A stretch of 64,000 nt of DNA from an uncultured Alphaproteobacteria bacterium (lineage in GTDB: Bacteria; Pseudomonadota; Alphaproteobacteria; RF32; CAG-239), in NCBI GenBank assembly GCA_944391505.1, contig CALXTV010000008.1, forward strand, positions 2,109-66,108, given 5' to 3'. Numbering within the stretch: the stretch's first letter is position 1; every line of letters starts with the position of its first letter. A model generated the notes under the pieces. That model was not told the DNA's origin and made no database searches. It was given only the letters and a program-made list of their open reading frames with translations. The position numbers and the translations under genes are program-made. Positions 47,135 to 57,641 of the stretch are shown one piece after another.

Positions 47135-48976
47135 TTACCATGAAGCACAGATATAATATTTACGGCTATACGCACTACAGTCACCAGGCATTGCTACCCG
47201 TCTCCTGTCACATGTACAAGGACCTCTATCCGCACACTCATCAAAATCAGGATAACGTCTTCTGCACTCCGCCTCGGTTGGTGCTGTCGGTGTTGTCGGT
47301 TCACTTGGAGACGGCGATGGCGAAGAAGACGGCGACGGTTCTGGCTCATCCTTAACACAGCTGTTGCCGGACTTTATATAACCCGAATTACATGTCCACG
47401 AAGAACATTTTGAAGAACAATCGGAATAATAATCCGTACAACTTGCATTACTCGGCACACTGACCGCCGTTCTGTTTCGGCAGTTGTCCGTATAGCAAAC
47501 CTGACATTTGCTTGAACAATCACTCCAGTAGGTCTTGCAACCATACGTACAGCTCTGATTCGTTCTGCTGTCGCATGGATCATTCTTAACGCACATACTT
47601 CCGGATTGAGTATAGCCGGAATTGCACTTCCATTCCGAACACTTACTGGAACAATCAGAAAACTTTGCCGAACAAGTCGCATTACTCGGTACGCTGACGG
47701 CAGTACGATTGCGGCAGTTGTCACTGTAACAGGTCTGGCATTTGCTTGTACAATCCGAATAATAAGTCTGACACCCATACGAACACGATTTATTCGTATA
47801 CTTATCGCAAGTATCAACCTTTATACAGCTGTTACCCGATTTTGTGTATCCGGAACTACAATTCCAGGCCGAACATTTGGAAGAACAATCGGAGTAATAC
47901 GACGAACAATAGGCGTTGGCCGGAACACTGACTGCCGTCCTGTTGTCACAGGGATTATCCTTAACACAGCTATTGCCTGATTTTTTATATCCGGATTTAC
48001 AGCTCCAACTGCTGATTTTAGAAGAACAGTCAGAGAAATAAGAACAAGTAGCATTTGCCGGACAACTGCTTATAACCGCCGTACGGCTTCCGCAGTTATC
48101 CCCCTTACATGTTTGACACTTTGACTGGCAATCGCCGAAATATGAAGCACAACCAAATTGACAAGTTACCGCAACACGATTCCGGCAATTATCATTATAA
48201 GCCGTTTTGCATTTTGACGAGCAGTCAGACCAATATTCCGCACAACCATACGGCGTTGAAACAGCTGTCCGGTTATCACAGTTATCTGATTTTGCTTTTT
48301 TACAAACCGAAGAACAGGGCGACGGATAATATTCTTCGCAGCCGAAACTTCCGGAACTAACGCCAGATGGACAGGAACAGCCCGTATACTTACCGCCGCA
48401 ACTGGAACCCGATAATGACCTTGGAGACTTACAGTTGGAGGAGTTATATATATACTCCGATTTACAAGAACAGGACTGATATCTGCCACCGCAACTTGCT
48501 CCCTGACCAACCTGGTTGGAAGCACAACTGACCAATTTCGGATCACATTTGCAGGAAGCATATTTACCGCCGCAGCTTTCCCCGACGCCAACCTGCCCGG
48601 CCGGACAGGTTACCAGATTAGTTGCGCATTTGCAGCGGGTAATATAAGATTTATTATATGGACAAACCCCTTCCGGAACCTGAACAGAATTACAGTTATT
48701 TAAAACAAAACCCTCATTTTTACATTGAGCGGCCGTATCAATGGTATAATCCTCATTACCCTTGCCATATGCAACTCCATTATCGCAATCGCCATAGCCC
48801 AGAAAACAGACCGATGCCGTCTTAAACGCTTTGTCAAGCTGCTCAAAAGAAAAGACGGGCTCCGGCTTGGGTGTGTCTGTTAGTTTATGTGTCAACATGC
48901 CGGAAGCAACACTTAAATCAGGAAACACCAATGAGGTTCCTGACAACAAAGAGAACATTAAAACAGAATTCTTCAT
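47135..48976 (-). CDS. Secreted cysteine-rich tandem-repeat surface protein
   Basis: GAGGTG RBS; signal peptide; repeated NRTAVS..SDCSSKC and W.C.SGY.KSG.SC modules; Pro/Ser linker. Confidence 0.85.
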   Translation of the reverse strand: MKNSVLMFSLLSGTSLVFPDLSVASGMLTHKLTDTPKPEPVFSFEQLDKAFKTASVCFLGYGDCDNGVAYGKGNEDYTIDTAAQCKNEGFVLNNCNSVQVPEGVCPYNKSYITRCKCATNLVTCPAGQVGVGESCGGKYASCKCDPKLVSCASNQVGQGASCGGRYQSCSCKSEYIYNSSNCKSPRSLSGSSCGGKYTGCSCPSGVSSGSFGCEEYYPSPCSSVCKKAKSDNCDNRTAVSTPYGCAEYWSDCSSKCKTAYNDNCRNRVAVTCQFGCASYFGDCQSKCQTCKGDNCGSRTAVISSCPANATCSYFSDCSSKISSWSCKSGYKKSGNSCVKDNPCDNRTAVSVPANAYCSSYYSDCSSKCSAWNCSSGYTKSGNSCIKVDTCDKYTNKSCSYGCQTYYSDCTSKCQTCYSDNCRNRTAVSVPSNATCSAKFSDCSSKCSEWKCNSGYTQSGSMCVKNDPCDSRTNQSCTYGCKTYWSDCSSKCQVCYTDNCRNRTAVSVPSNASCTDYYSDCSSKCSSWTCNSGYIKSGNSCVKDEPEPSPSSSPSPSPSEPTTPTAPTEAECRRRYPDFDECADRGPCTCDRRRVAMPGDCSAYSRKYYICASW

Positions 48977-49242
48977 AATATCACCTCGCGACAAAGTTAA
49001 AAACCGAAGCCCGTAAGAGCGCGATGGTGAGGATAAAGAAAAGATTTAGGGTAAGATAGATACACCCACTCTCCGTTTCGGGATTCTGCCCGAACACGAA
49101 ATACACCAATAATCCACACCTATCAGGCATATAATAACTCTTTTAAGACGAGGTGTCAACCACTCTTGATACTTATTTTATTTTTGGCAACAAAAAACCC
49201 CTCAAAAGAGGGGCTTATCAAATTTACAAACAAACCGAACAA

Positions 49243-49449
49243 CTAATTTAAAAGGGTTATATTACCGGCTGCTTTGCGTCCGCGATCATCGTAAATGTCA
49301 AAATTAACCCGTGAACCTTCCGGCAAATGCCGTAACCCGGATTTTTCCAACGCCGTAATATGAACAAACACGTCTTTTTCTTCACCGTCAGGATTAATAA
49401 AGCCATAACCTTTTTTGTTGTTAAACCACTTGACCGTACCTCTTAACAT
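49243..49449 (-). CDS. Cold-shock domain protein
   Basis: GTVKWFN..KGYGFI; DVFVHI. Confidence 0.96.
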   Translation of the reverse strand: MLRGTVKWFNNKKGYGFINPDGEEKDVFVHITALEKSGLRHLPEGSRVNFDIYDDRGRKAAGNITLLN

Positions 49450-49576
49450 TACAGTTTCCTCGCAAATTATTAAATTCAGATTTTAATCCGTTCCGACCTC
49501 AAACGAGGCGAAACCGAAGAGTCATATAATCCGCCGTCAAAAAGTTTAAACTGATAAAAAGTTCTAAATTTTAAAA

Positions 49577-50014
49577 CATAAGGTTTTGCAAAAAACTTAG
49601 AAAATTAAGATTTACGGGCAAGAAAAATCTGCATTAGCTCCCCGTTATACGAGGTTTTTCAAAAACCTCGGAGAACGAGGGAAACAATAAGGATTTAGGG
49701 AAAATAAAGCGGAGCACTGCGGCAGCAAAAATAGTCCGGCGGACTATTTTTCGCCGAAAAGCAATGAGACTTGTTGTTGTGAGAAGCGACAGCGCTACGA
49801 AACAACAACCTAGTCGAAATTGGCATCAGTACGTGAGCATTTTTTCAGCTCGCAAAATCTGTACGAGTTGACCACTATACGAGTTTTGCAAAACCTCGGA
49901 GAACGAGGGAAATAATAAGAAATAAAGGCGAAAGTACCGCAGCGTACATAATAGTACGTGAGGACACTTTCGTCCTGAAATTTCTGTATTAGTTCCCCGT
50001 TATACGAGGTTTTT
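49577..50014. repeat. Tandem family-A RPE-like elements (periods 230 and 125 bp plus a degenerate leading unit)
   Basis: TATAC at 49646, 49876, 50001; ACCGCAGCGTACATAATAGTACGTGAGGA core; 49757-49863 nearly identical to 41963-42069. Confidence 0.88.
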
Positions 50015-51694
50015 CTAGCGGGTAAGTTTCCTGTACTTAACAGCATGCGGAATCAGGGCATCGTCACCGAGACGGCGCTTCTTGTCCTTTTCATATTCTT
50101 CAAAATTTCCCTCAAACCAAACGACCTGACTGTCCCCCTCATAAGCGAGAATATGCGTCGCCAAACGGTCCAGAAACCAGCGGTCATGAGAGGTAACCAG
50201 CACACAGCCCGGATATTCCATAATGCCTTCTTCCAGCGAACGCAACGTATCAACGTCCAAATCATTGGTCGGTTCGTCCAGCAGAATGACATTGGCACCC
50301 TTTTTAAGCATCTTGGCCAAATGCACGCGATTACGTTCACCGCCGGAAAGTTGTCCGACTTTTTTCTGCTGGTCACCGCCCTTGAAATTAAACTGTCCGA
50401 CATAAGCGCGCGACGGCATTTCTTTTTTGCCGAGCTGTATCATATCCAAACCGTCGGAAATCTCTTCCCAAACCGTTTTGTTCGGGTCAAGTTCGTCACG
50501 TCCCTGATCGACATAGCCGAGATCAACCGTTTCGCCGATTCGAATTTCGCCGGAATCCGGTTTTTCCTGCCCCGTAATCATTCTGAACAGCGTTGTCTTA
50601 CCCGCACCGTTCGGACCGATAATGCCGACAATCGCACCTTTCGGAATTTTAAAAGAAAGATTGTCAATCAGCAGACGGTCGCCATACCCCTTGGAAACAT
50701 TATTAGCCTCAATAACCAAATCGCCCAGACGATCGGTCATCGGAATATTAATATGTGCCTGCGTAATTTTATCTTTGGTTGCTGCATTCAACAGTTCATC
50801 ATAGGCATTGATACGCGCCTTTGATTTTGCCTGACGGGCTTTCGGATTTTTGCGTATCCACTCCAGCTCGTTGGCCAGCGTTTTCTGACGGGCCGTTTCC
50901 TCGCGTGCTTCCTGCTCTAAACGCTTCTGCTTCTGTTCCAGCCAGGACGAATAATTGCCCTCGTACGGAATCCCCTGCCCGCGGTCAAGTTCCAAAATCC
51001 AGCCGGTAACATTGTCAAGAAAATAGCGGTCATGCGTGACCATAACCACGGTACCCTTATATTCCTTGAGGTGATTCTCCAGCCAGGCCACCGATTCGGC
51101 ATCCAGATGGTTGGTCGGCTCGTCCAAAAGCAGCATATCCGGCTTCTGTAACAGCAGACGACACAAAGCCACCCGGCGTTTTTCACCGCCGGAAAGTTTG
51201 GTCACATCGGCATCGGCGGGCGGACAACGCAAAGCATCCATCGCAATCTGAATCGTCCGTTCAAAATTCCAACCGTCGCAGGCGTCTATTTTTTCCGACA
51301 AAGCCGCCTGTTCTTCAATCAGAGCGTTCATCTCGTCATCGCTCATCGGTTCGGCAAACTTGGCCGAAACTTCCTCAAAACGCTTCAGCAGATTACGGGT
51401 TTCTCCCAGGCCGTCCATAATGTTTTCCATAACGTTTTTATTCGGATCAAGCTTCGGCTCCTGCTCCAGATAACCGACCTTGACACCGTCGGCGGCCCAG
51501 GCCTCGCCGTTAAAATCCTTATCCACGCCGGCCATAATTTTCAATAATGTAGATTTACCCGCACCGTTTACCCCCAGCACGCCGATTTTGGCGCCCGGCA
51601 AAAACGACAGAGTAATTCCCTTAAACAGCTCTTTGCCGCCCGGAAAAACTTTGGTTAAATTCTGCATAACGAAAATATACTGATAAGCTGCCAT
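50015..51694 (-). CDS. ettA: ABC-F translational throttle EttA
   Basis: [21 protein letters not shown]; two ABC domains; [12 protein letters not shown]. Confidence 0.96.
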   Translation of the reverse strand: MAAYQYIFVMQNLTKVFPGGKELFKGITLSFLPGAKIGVLGVNGAGKSTLLKIMAGVDKDFNGEAWAADGVKVGYLEQEPKLDPNKNVMENIMDGLGETRNLLKRFEEVSAKFAEPMSDDEMNALIEEQAALSEKIDACDGWNFERTIQIAMDALRCPPADADVTKLSGGEKRRVALCRLLLQKPDMLLLDEPTNHLDAESVAWLENHLKEYKGTVVMVTHDRYFLDNVTGWILELDRGQGIPYEGNYSSWLEQKQKRLEQEAREETARQKTLANELEWIRKNPKARQAKSKARINAYDELLNAATKDKITQAHINIPMTDRLGDLVIEANNVSKGYGDRLLIDNLSFKIPKGAIVGIIGPNGAGKTTLFRMITGQEKPDSGEIRIGETVDLGYVDQGRDELDPNKTVWEEISDGLDMIQLGKKEMPSRAYVGQFNFKGGDQQKKVGQLSGGERNRVHLAKMLKKGANVILLDEPTNDLDVDTLRSLEEGIMEYPGCVLVTSHDRWFLDRLATHILAYEGDSQVVWFEGNFEEYEKDKKRRLGDDALIPHAVKYRKLTR

Positions 51695-51777
51695 ATCATA
51701 CTCCTGAAATTAAATCTTTGCCCCGAGTATAGCGAAAATTTATCAAGTTGCAATCTTAATATTTCCAATCTATAATT

Positions 51778-52527
51778 ATGTCCGCACATATGGAGAAAAA
51801 TATGGAAAACAACGCTTTTTTTTCAAAAGAACAAAGCCTCGCACTGCAGAAAAAAATTTACGCTGCCGTTTCCGAAGAGCATCAGCCTGAGCTCGCGGCG
51901 CTCTATGCCTGTCTTGATTACCAAAACTATTCGCCGGTCAAACGCTTTGAAAACGCCACGGGCCTGAAAGGCATTTATCATCATTACAAATTTCCGCAGG
52001 ATATGAATCCTCTGGAATATGAGGCTCTAATGAAACCGATGCGGATTTTTGAAATTATCGAACGCAGCATGAATCCGGGCTCCGACGATTTACTCGCCGA
52101 ATTGCAGGAAGTCAAACCGCAAAGCCTTTTTGCCGTCCGCAAAATGTATCAGGAACTGACCGAACTTAATCCGGAACTAAAAGAAGCAGCAATTTCTCCT
52201 ACGCTGGTCAGAAGTTACGTTGCCGTCATTTCCGGCGCCTGCTCCGGTTTTCCGCCGGAAGACATCATTGAGTTCAGCAAAGCCAAAGGCGCGGACAACG
52301 ACCGGATAAACGAAGAAAAACGGCAATTTTCCAAGCTGATTGAGCAACGCACCGGTCGAACCGGTGCAAACGGAAAACCTCTGATTGAAAACTGGTGTCC
52401 CTCCGAAAAAACCCGTAACCGGATTTTGCAGCTTCTCGACAATCGCGACCAAAAGCGCACCAATCAATCTTTCGACAATACCGGGTTCTATTCTTTTCTG
52501 GTCGACCGCGGCTGGTTTAACGATTAG
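51778..52527 (+). CDS. Hypothetical protein
   Basis: Long ORF; a GGAG RBS suggests a start slightly downstream (MENN). Confidence 0.7.
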   Translation: MSAHMEKNMENNAFFSKEQSLALQKKIYAAVSEEHQPELAALYACLDYQNYSPVKRFENATGLKGIYHHYKFPQDMNPLEYEALMKPMRIFEIIERSMNPGSDDLLAELQEVKPQSLFAVRKMYQELTELNPELKEAAISPTLVRSYVAVISGACSGFPPEDIIEFSKAKGADNDRINEEKRQFSKLIEQRTGRTGANGKPLIENWCPSEKTRNRILQLLDNRDQKRTNQSFDNTGFYSFLVDRGWFND

Positions 52528-53209
52528 TTTTCCAACGACTCTTTATATGGCCGATTCCGGAATCTTCTTCCGCTTCCGGCCGGGGTACTGCCGGCAGTGT
52601 TTCGGAACGGGCTGCCGGAACGATTCTGTCAGTTTCGGCCGAAGACGGCTGATAAACGGCCTTAACCTCTGAAGCGCTCCCATCTTGCGTAATTCTGATT
52701 TCGCCGACATCTTGATTGCCGCCGCCGCTGTAAATCGCCTCGGCATCAACATCGACATCTTTATTGTAAACCAATGTCGCGTCATACGGGCGCCGCGGCG
52801 TCACCAAAGTACCATCCGGCATTTTAATCGTCCCGTCACGATAAAGCGTCGCCTTAAAAATATCCTGACTGTCGAACCGACGATTAATGGCATCACACTC
52901 GAAAAAACCGTCCATTTGTTTGGAAATAAAAGCGTTGGCCTTAGCCTCGTTATAAACGTAAACGGCTTCCGACTGCATTTTATCGCTGGGAGCCTTGGAA
53001 ATCAAAATCGCCCGGGCCAAAAGCTCAAAAGTATTATATTTTGAAGCGCCGCAAGCCATTCCCTGTCCGGAAACGGCACCCAATGCTTTCACTTCTTCAA
53101 GATACGGCATCTGCGCTTGCACTGGAAAAGCCCAAAACAAGCAGGCAATCGCCCATAAGCCCGAATATTTCAATTTTTCCTCACGTTCAATCAATTTTCT
53201 CATTGACAT
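52517..53209 (-). CDS. Hypothetical secreted protein
   Basis: Signal-like segment (LWAIACLFWAFPVQA); start uncertain. Confidence 0.7.
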   Translation of the reverse strand: MSMRKLIEREEKLKYSGLWAIACLFWAFPVQAQMPYLEEVKALGAVSGQGMACGASKYNTFELLARAILISKAPSDKMQSEAVYVYNEAKANAFISKQMDGFFECDAINRRFDSQDIFKATLYRDGTIKMPDGTLVTPRRPYDATLVYNKDVDVDAEAIYSGGGNQDVGEIRITQDGSASEVKAVYQPSSAETDRIVPAARSETLPAVPRPEAEEDSGIGHIKSRWKTNR

Positions 53210-53264
53210 TTAGTATCATTTAGCATATTTTGCGGTCAAGTCAAAGATAAAAGGATTGTTTGAA

Positions 53265-53390
53265 ATGAAAATTTATAGCTCTTTAAAATCAAAAAAAGTA
53301 CGCGATAAGGATTGCAAAATCGTTCGCCGCAAAGGCCGCGTCTATGTCATCAACAAAAAAAACCCGAAGCTGAAAGCTCGTCAGGGTTAA
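53265..53390 (+). CDS. rpmJ: 50S ribosomal protein L36 (Zn-free type); below the ORF-track cutoff
   Basis: [41 protein letters not shown]; AAGGA RBS. Confidence 0.96.
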   Translation: MKIYSSLKSKKVRDKDCKIVRRKGRVYVINKKNPKLKARQG

Positions 53391-53413
53391 TCGGATGAAC
53401 TTTTTGAAAATTT

Positions 53414-53496
53414 AAAAACCTGCTTTGATTTAAGCAGGTTTTTTTTGTAACCTTTTTAACAAAAAAGCGCCGCAATCGGCGCTTTTCGTTTTTTTT
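53414..53496. terminator. Two back-to-back terminators (rpmJ and pyk)
   Basis: AAAACCTGCTT..AAGCAGGTTTT and AAAAGCGCCG-CAAT-CGGCGCTTTT. Confidence 0.8.
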
Positions 53497-53510
53497 GCAT
53501 AAGTACGGAA

Positions 53511-54935
53511 CTACTCAACATAAACCGTATGCAGCATATTGGTTCGTCCTTTCTTACCGAGCGGGAAACCTGCCGTAATGATAATATGGTCACCGGAACG
53601 GGCAAAACCGTTCTCTACGGCAATTTTCACGGCAATATCTTCAATCTTGTCAAAGCTTTTGAAACTTTCCTTGTTCACAAAACTCTTGGCCCCCCAGACA
53701 ATACCCAGACGGTCGGCAACTTTCGGCTCGGACGTAATTGCCAATATCGGCAGATTCGGACGTTCGCGTGCCGTCAAAAACGTCGTCAACCCCGAAGATG
53801 TATAAGTCACAATACAGGCAACCTTGTCCAAAATTGAAGAAATGTCACTGGCAGCAAAAGTGATTGAATCGGCTTCTCCAAAACAACAGTTGTGCAGTCT
53901 CGAATTTTCCATCAGCCGGAAAAACAGCGGATCAGCCTCAACCTGCGTAATAACCGAATTCATCATCTTAACCGCCTCAACCGGATAAGCACCGGCCGCT
54001 GTCTCCGCCGAAAGCATAACCGTATCGGCACCGTCATAAACGGCGGTTGCCACGTCGGAAACCTCGGCACGCGTCGGAGTCGGAGCCTTAATCATCGATT
54101 CCAGCATTTGCGTTGCCACAATCACCGGCCGTGCATATTTGCGGCAGGCGGAAACGATTCGTTTTTGCAAAACGGGTACCGTCGGCAGCGGACATTCCAC
54201 CCCCAAATCACCGCGGGCAACCATAATGCCGTCCGAAAGTTTGATAATTTCTTCCAAATCGTCAATCGCGCTCGGTTTTTCAAGTTTTGAAATAATCCAT
54301 GCCCGGTCGCCGATAAGTTCCTTGGCCTCGCGCACGTCATTGGCCGACTGCACAAAGGAAAGACTTATCCAGTCAAAACCAAGCTTCAGGGCAAATTCCA
54401 AATCATCGCGGTCTTTTTCGGTAATCGCCGATATTGGCAGTTTAATATTCGGCAGATTAACGCCTTTATGACCGGACAACGGCCCGCCGACCAAAACTTC
54501 GGTCACGGCGCGATCTTTATCGCACTCTTTGACCAACAGCGCAATATTACCGTCGTTCAACAACAGTTTTTCGCCGGCTTTCAAAGCCTCGAAAATTTCT
54601 TTATGCGGCAGTTCGACGCGGCTTTCATCGCCCGGTTCATGCACCATATCCAAAACAAATTTCTGGCCTTCCTTCAGCAGAATACTTCCGTCCCGAAACT
54701 CACCGACGCGCAGCTTCGGCCCCTGCATATCGGCCACCAGGGTAATATGACGATTCCGTTCTTTGGCAAGCTTGCGCACAATTTCAAAACGTTCCTTGTG
54801 CTCTGCATGCGTACCGTGGCTGAAGTTAAAACGGAAAGCGTCGCAGCCGGCGTCAATAAGCTTCTCGATCTGTTCTTTGGAAGCCGAAGACGGGCCGATT
54901 GTCGCCAAAATTTTTGTATGTGTTTTCTGTGGCAT
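53511..54935 (-). CDS. pyk: Pyruvate kinase
   Basis: TKILATIGP, RFNFSHG, DMQGPKLR, MVARGDLGVE, ATQMLESM. Confidence 0.98.
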   Translation of the reverse strand: MPQKTHTKILATIGPSSASKEQIEKLIDAGCDAFRFNFSHGTHAEHKERFEIVRKLAKERNRHITLVADMQGPKLRVGEFRDGSILLKEGQKFVLDMVHEPGDESRVELPHKEIFEALKAGEKLLLNDGNIALLVKECDKDRAVTEVLVGGPLSGHKGVNLPNIKLPISAITEKDRDDLEFALKLGFDWISLSFVQSANDVREAKELIGDRAWIISKLEKPSAIDDLEEIIKLSDGIMVARGDLGVECPLPTVPVLQKRIVSACRKYARPVIVATQMLESMIKAPTPTRAEVSDVATAVYDGADTVMLSAETAAGAYPVEAVKMMNSVITQVEADPLFFRLMENSRLHNCCFGEADSITFAASDISSILDKVACIVTYTSSGLTTFLTARERPNLPILAITSEPKVADRLGIVWGAKSFVNKESFKSFDKIEDIAVKIAVENGFARSGDHIIITAGFPLGKKGRTNMLHTVYVE

Positions 54936-55097
54936 TTTTGTTTCCTCATCAATTACGCTTTTTCTGTGCCGGATAATAGCAAAGATATATTAAAAAAGAT
55001 ATTACTTTTAAATAAGATTTGAACAAATTATTACTTGTCAAAAAGCCGAGATTTTGCTAGCTTCAATCCAATTGGTTTTACTAACGGGAGAAAAAAA

Positions 55098-55340
55098 ATG
55101 ACTGAAGTTGGCGGCATTGCCGTAGACAGACTGCGCTCCCTGATTGAGCGCATTGAACGTTTGGAAGAAGAAAAGAAAGCCATTGCCGGAGATATCCGCG
55201 ACATTTTTGCCGAAGCCAAATCTGCCGGATTCGACGTTAAGGTCATGCGCGAGATTTTAAAGCTCCGCAAAATGGATGCCGCCGATCGCGACGAAAAAGA
55301 AATGCTTCTGGAAACCTACCGCAGAGCTCTGGAAATTTAA
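55098..55340 (+). CDS. gapR: GapR/DUF2312 nucleoid-associated protein
   Basis: GIAVDRLRSLIERIERLEEEK..DIFAEAKSAGFDVK. Confidence 0.93.
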   Translation: MTEVGGIAVDRLRSLIERIERLEEEKKAIAGDIRDIFAEAKSAGFDVKVMREILKLRKMDAADRDEKEMLLETYRRALEI

Positions 55341-55345
55341 CCGTC

Positions 55346-55373
55346 AAAGCCTCCCGCTCGGGAGGCTTTTTTT
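55346..55373. terminator. Bidirectional terminator
   Basis: AAAGCCTCCCG-CT-CGGGAGGCTTTTTT. Confidence 0.85.
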
Positions 55374-55893
55374 ATAATTCAAACAAAATGCCAACCACAG
55401 CGCCGCCCAGAATAAAAATAATCGGATGTAGCTTGTGCCAATGATGAACAAGAGCAAATGAGACCAGACAAACAAATCCGCTTTTAATGTCCGTAACGGC
55501 CAATTCCGCCAAAATACACCCCGCATACAAAATCAATGCCAAAACCGCCGGCCTGATTCCGAGCAAAATATTTTGGAATGTTGCACAGCTCTGATACTTC
55601 ATTACATATTTGCTGATAAGAACAATAACAACCAGCGACGGAAAAACCAGCCCGAAAGTTGCAACCAGACCACCGGCTATTCCGGCAGCATTAAACCCGC
55701 CGTAAGTTGCCATATTAACCCCGATCGGCCCCGGCGTCGATTCGGAAACCGCAATCATATCTGCCAGTTGTTGTTTGCTGAACCAGTCGTAATGTTCCGT
55801 CAGTTCCATCAAAAACGGAATGGTTACCAATCCGCCGCCGATGGCCAACAGTCCGATTTTAAAAAACTCCCAAAACAAAAGCAGATATATCAT
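55372..55893 (-). CDS. Chromate transporter (short-chain ChrA, subunit 2)
   Basis: FFKIGLLAIGGG, STPGPIGVN. Confidence 0.92.
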   Translation of the reverse strand: MIYLLLFWEFFKIGLLAIGGGLVTIPFLMELTEHYDWFSKQQLADMIAVSESTPGPIGVNMATYGGFNAAGIAGGLVATFGLVFPSLVVIVLISKYVMKYQSCATFQNILLGIRPAVLALILYAGCILAELAVTDIKSGFVCLVSFALVHHWHKLHPIIFILGGAVVGILFEL

Positions 55894-56426
55894 TTGCGCC
55901 CCCATTTCAAGTAAACCAGCCCGGTTGTCGAAGCAATCAGAATAACGGCAATCGGGCTCAGACTGAAAAAAACCAGCGAACAGAGGCTCAAAGCAAAAAT
56001 AAACAATCCGATTCGCCCGTGAACACCCTTTTTCCAAAGTTCAACGACAGCCTCCGCCACCAACGCAACCACCACAATTCGAATACCGACAAAAGCCTGG
56101 CTAACATACGGATTATGCATAAAATTCTGCAAAACCGAAGCAATCAGCGTAATAATGACCACGGACGGCGCCACCACGCCAAAAGTCGTCAGCACCGCTC
56201 CGGTCACGCCGCGCAGCTTATAACCGACAAAAGTCGCGGTATTAATGGCAATAATTCCGGGCGTACACTGCCCGATAGAATAATAGTCCAACAGCTCTTC
56301 GTCCGTTGCCCATCTGTTCTTCTCAACCACCTCCGAACGCAACATCGGCAGCATTGCCGCACCGCCGCCGAAAGTAAATAATCCGATCTTAAAAAACGTC
56401 CAGAATAAATTCCAATAACCAACCAT
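55890..56426 (-). CDS. Chromate transporter (short-chain ChrA, subunit 1)
   Basis: FFKIGLFTFGGG, QCTPGIIAIN. Confidence 0.92.
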   Translation of the reverse strand: MVGYWNLFWTFFKIGLFTFGGGAAMLPMLRSEVVEKNRWATDEELLDYYSIGQCTPGIIAINTATFVGYKLRGVTGAVLTTFGVVAPSVVIITLIASVLQNFMHNPYVSQAFVGIRIVVVALVAEAVVELWKKGVHGRIGLFIFALSLCSLVFFSLSPIAVILIASTTGLVYLKWGRK

Positions 56427-56522
56427 TATACATCTTTTCCTGTGAATGAGTTTAAAAGAGGTTGAACAAATTCTATATAGTAAAATAAGCTTTCAATATC
56501 GTTAAAAACAACGGAGACCGCC

Positions 56523-57641
56523 ATGATTATTTCTATTCCGCGCGAACGCCGCAGACACGAAACACGTGTTGCCGCCACGCCGGAAACCGTAAAGGAATAT
56601 ATATCCCTGGGCTTTACCGTCCGCGTCGAAAAAAATGCCGGCAAATTATCCGGTTTTGCCGATGAAGCTTACCGACAGGCCGGAGCCGAAATAATCGAAG
56701 ACCCGGCCGGGCTTTGGCAAGGTGCAGACGTCATCATCAAAATCTGGGCGCCCCTGCCCGAAGAAGATTCATATCTTGCCCCCGGTCAAACAATCATTGC
56801 CAATTTTCAGGCGTTGGAAAACCGGGAACGTATGGCCTTTTTTGCCGCCCGTCAGACGACCTGCTTTGCATTAGAGCTGATACCGCGCATTTCCCGCGCC
56901 CAAAATATGGATATTCTGACCTCTCAAAGCAACTTAGCCGGTTACAAGGCCGTCTTAACCGGTGTTGAAGCCCTAAAAAAGGCGCTGCCGATGATGATGA
57001 CCGCCGCCGGCACCATTCCGCCCGCCAAAGTACTGATTTTGGGAGCCGGCGTGGCCGGACTTCAGGCCATAGCCACCGCCAAACGACTGGGTGCCCAGGT
57101 TTTTGCCTCCGACGTACGCCCCGGTGTCAGGGAACAGGTTGAATCCCTCGGCGGCCGGTTTGTCGAGGTTGAAAATGACGAAACTTTTGAGGATACCGGC
57201 GGATATGCCGGAGAAACTTCCGCAGCCTATCAAAAACGGCAGCAAAAGGCCATTGCCGAACAACTCAGGAAAACCGACCTGGTCATAACAACCGCCCTTA
57301 TTCCGGGCAAGCCGGCACCGCGGTTGATTACGGCGGAAATGTTAAGCGATATGCCGGAAGGAGCCGTTATCGTCGACATGGCTGCGGCAGCCGGCAGCAA
57401 TGTCGAAGGTTCAAAAGACGGACAAAGCATTTGCATCAACGGCAAAACCGTCATCGGCGATTCCAATCTTGCCGCCGGACTTCCGGCCTCGGCCAGCACT
57501 TTGTTTGCAAGAAACGTTTTTAATTTTCTAAAAACCGCATACAATCCCGAAACAAAAAATCTGATTTTTGACTTTGCGGACGAAATCATCGCCCAAACCT
57601 GCATCTGCAAAAACGGAGAACAAACAGGAGTACTCAAATGA
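56523..57641 (+). CDS. pntA: NAD(P) transhydrogenase alpha subunit, domain I
   Basis: [37 protein letters not shown]. Confidence 0.95.
   Translation: MIISIPRERRRHETRVAATPETVKEYISLGFTVRVEKNAGKLSGFADEAYRQAGAEIIEDPAGLWQGADVIIKIWAPLPEEDSYLAPGQTIIANFQALENRERMAFFAARQTTCFALELIPRISRAQNMDILTSQSNLAGYKAVLTGVEALKKALPMMMTAAGTIPPAKVLILGAGVAGLQAIATAKRLGAQVFASDVRPGVREQVESLGGRFVEVENDETFEDTGGYAGETSAAYQKRQQKAIAEQLRKTDLVITTALIPGKPAPRLITAEMLSDMPEGAVIVDMAAAAGSNVEGSKDGQSICINGKTVIGDSNLAAGLPASASTLFARNVFNFLKTAYNPETKNLIFDFADEIIAQTCICKNGEQTGVLK

Noticed and set aside
55372-56426. Split chromate transporter as a frameshifted pseudogene
   Set aside because: Paired short-chain ChrA genes with an ATGA overlap are a normal architecture
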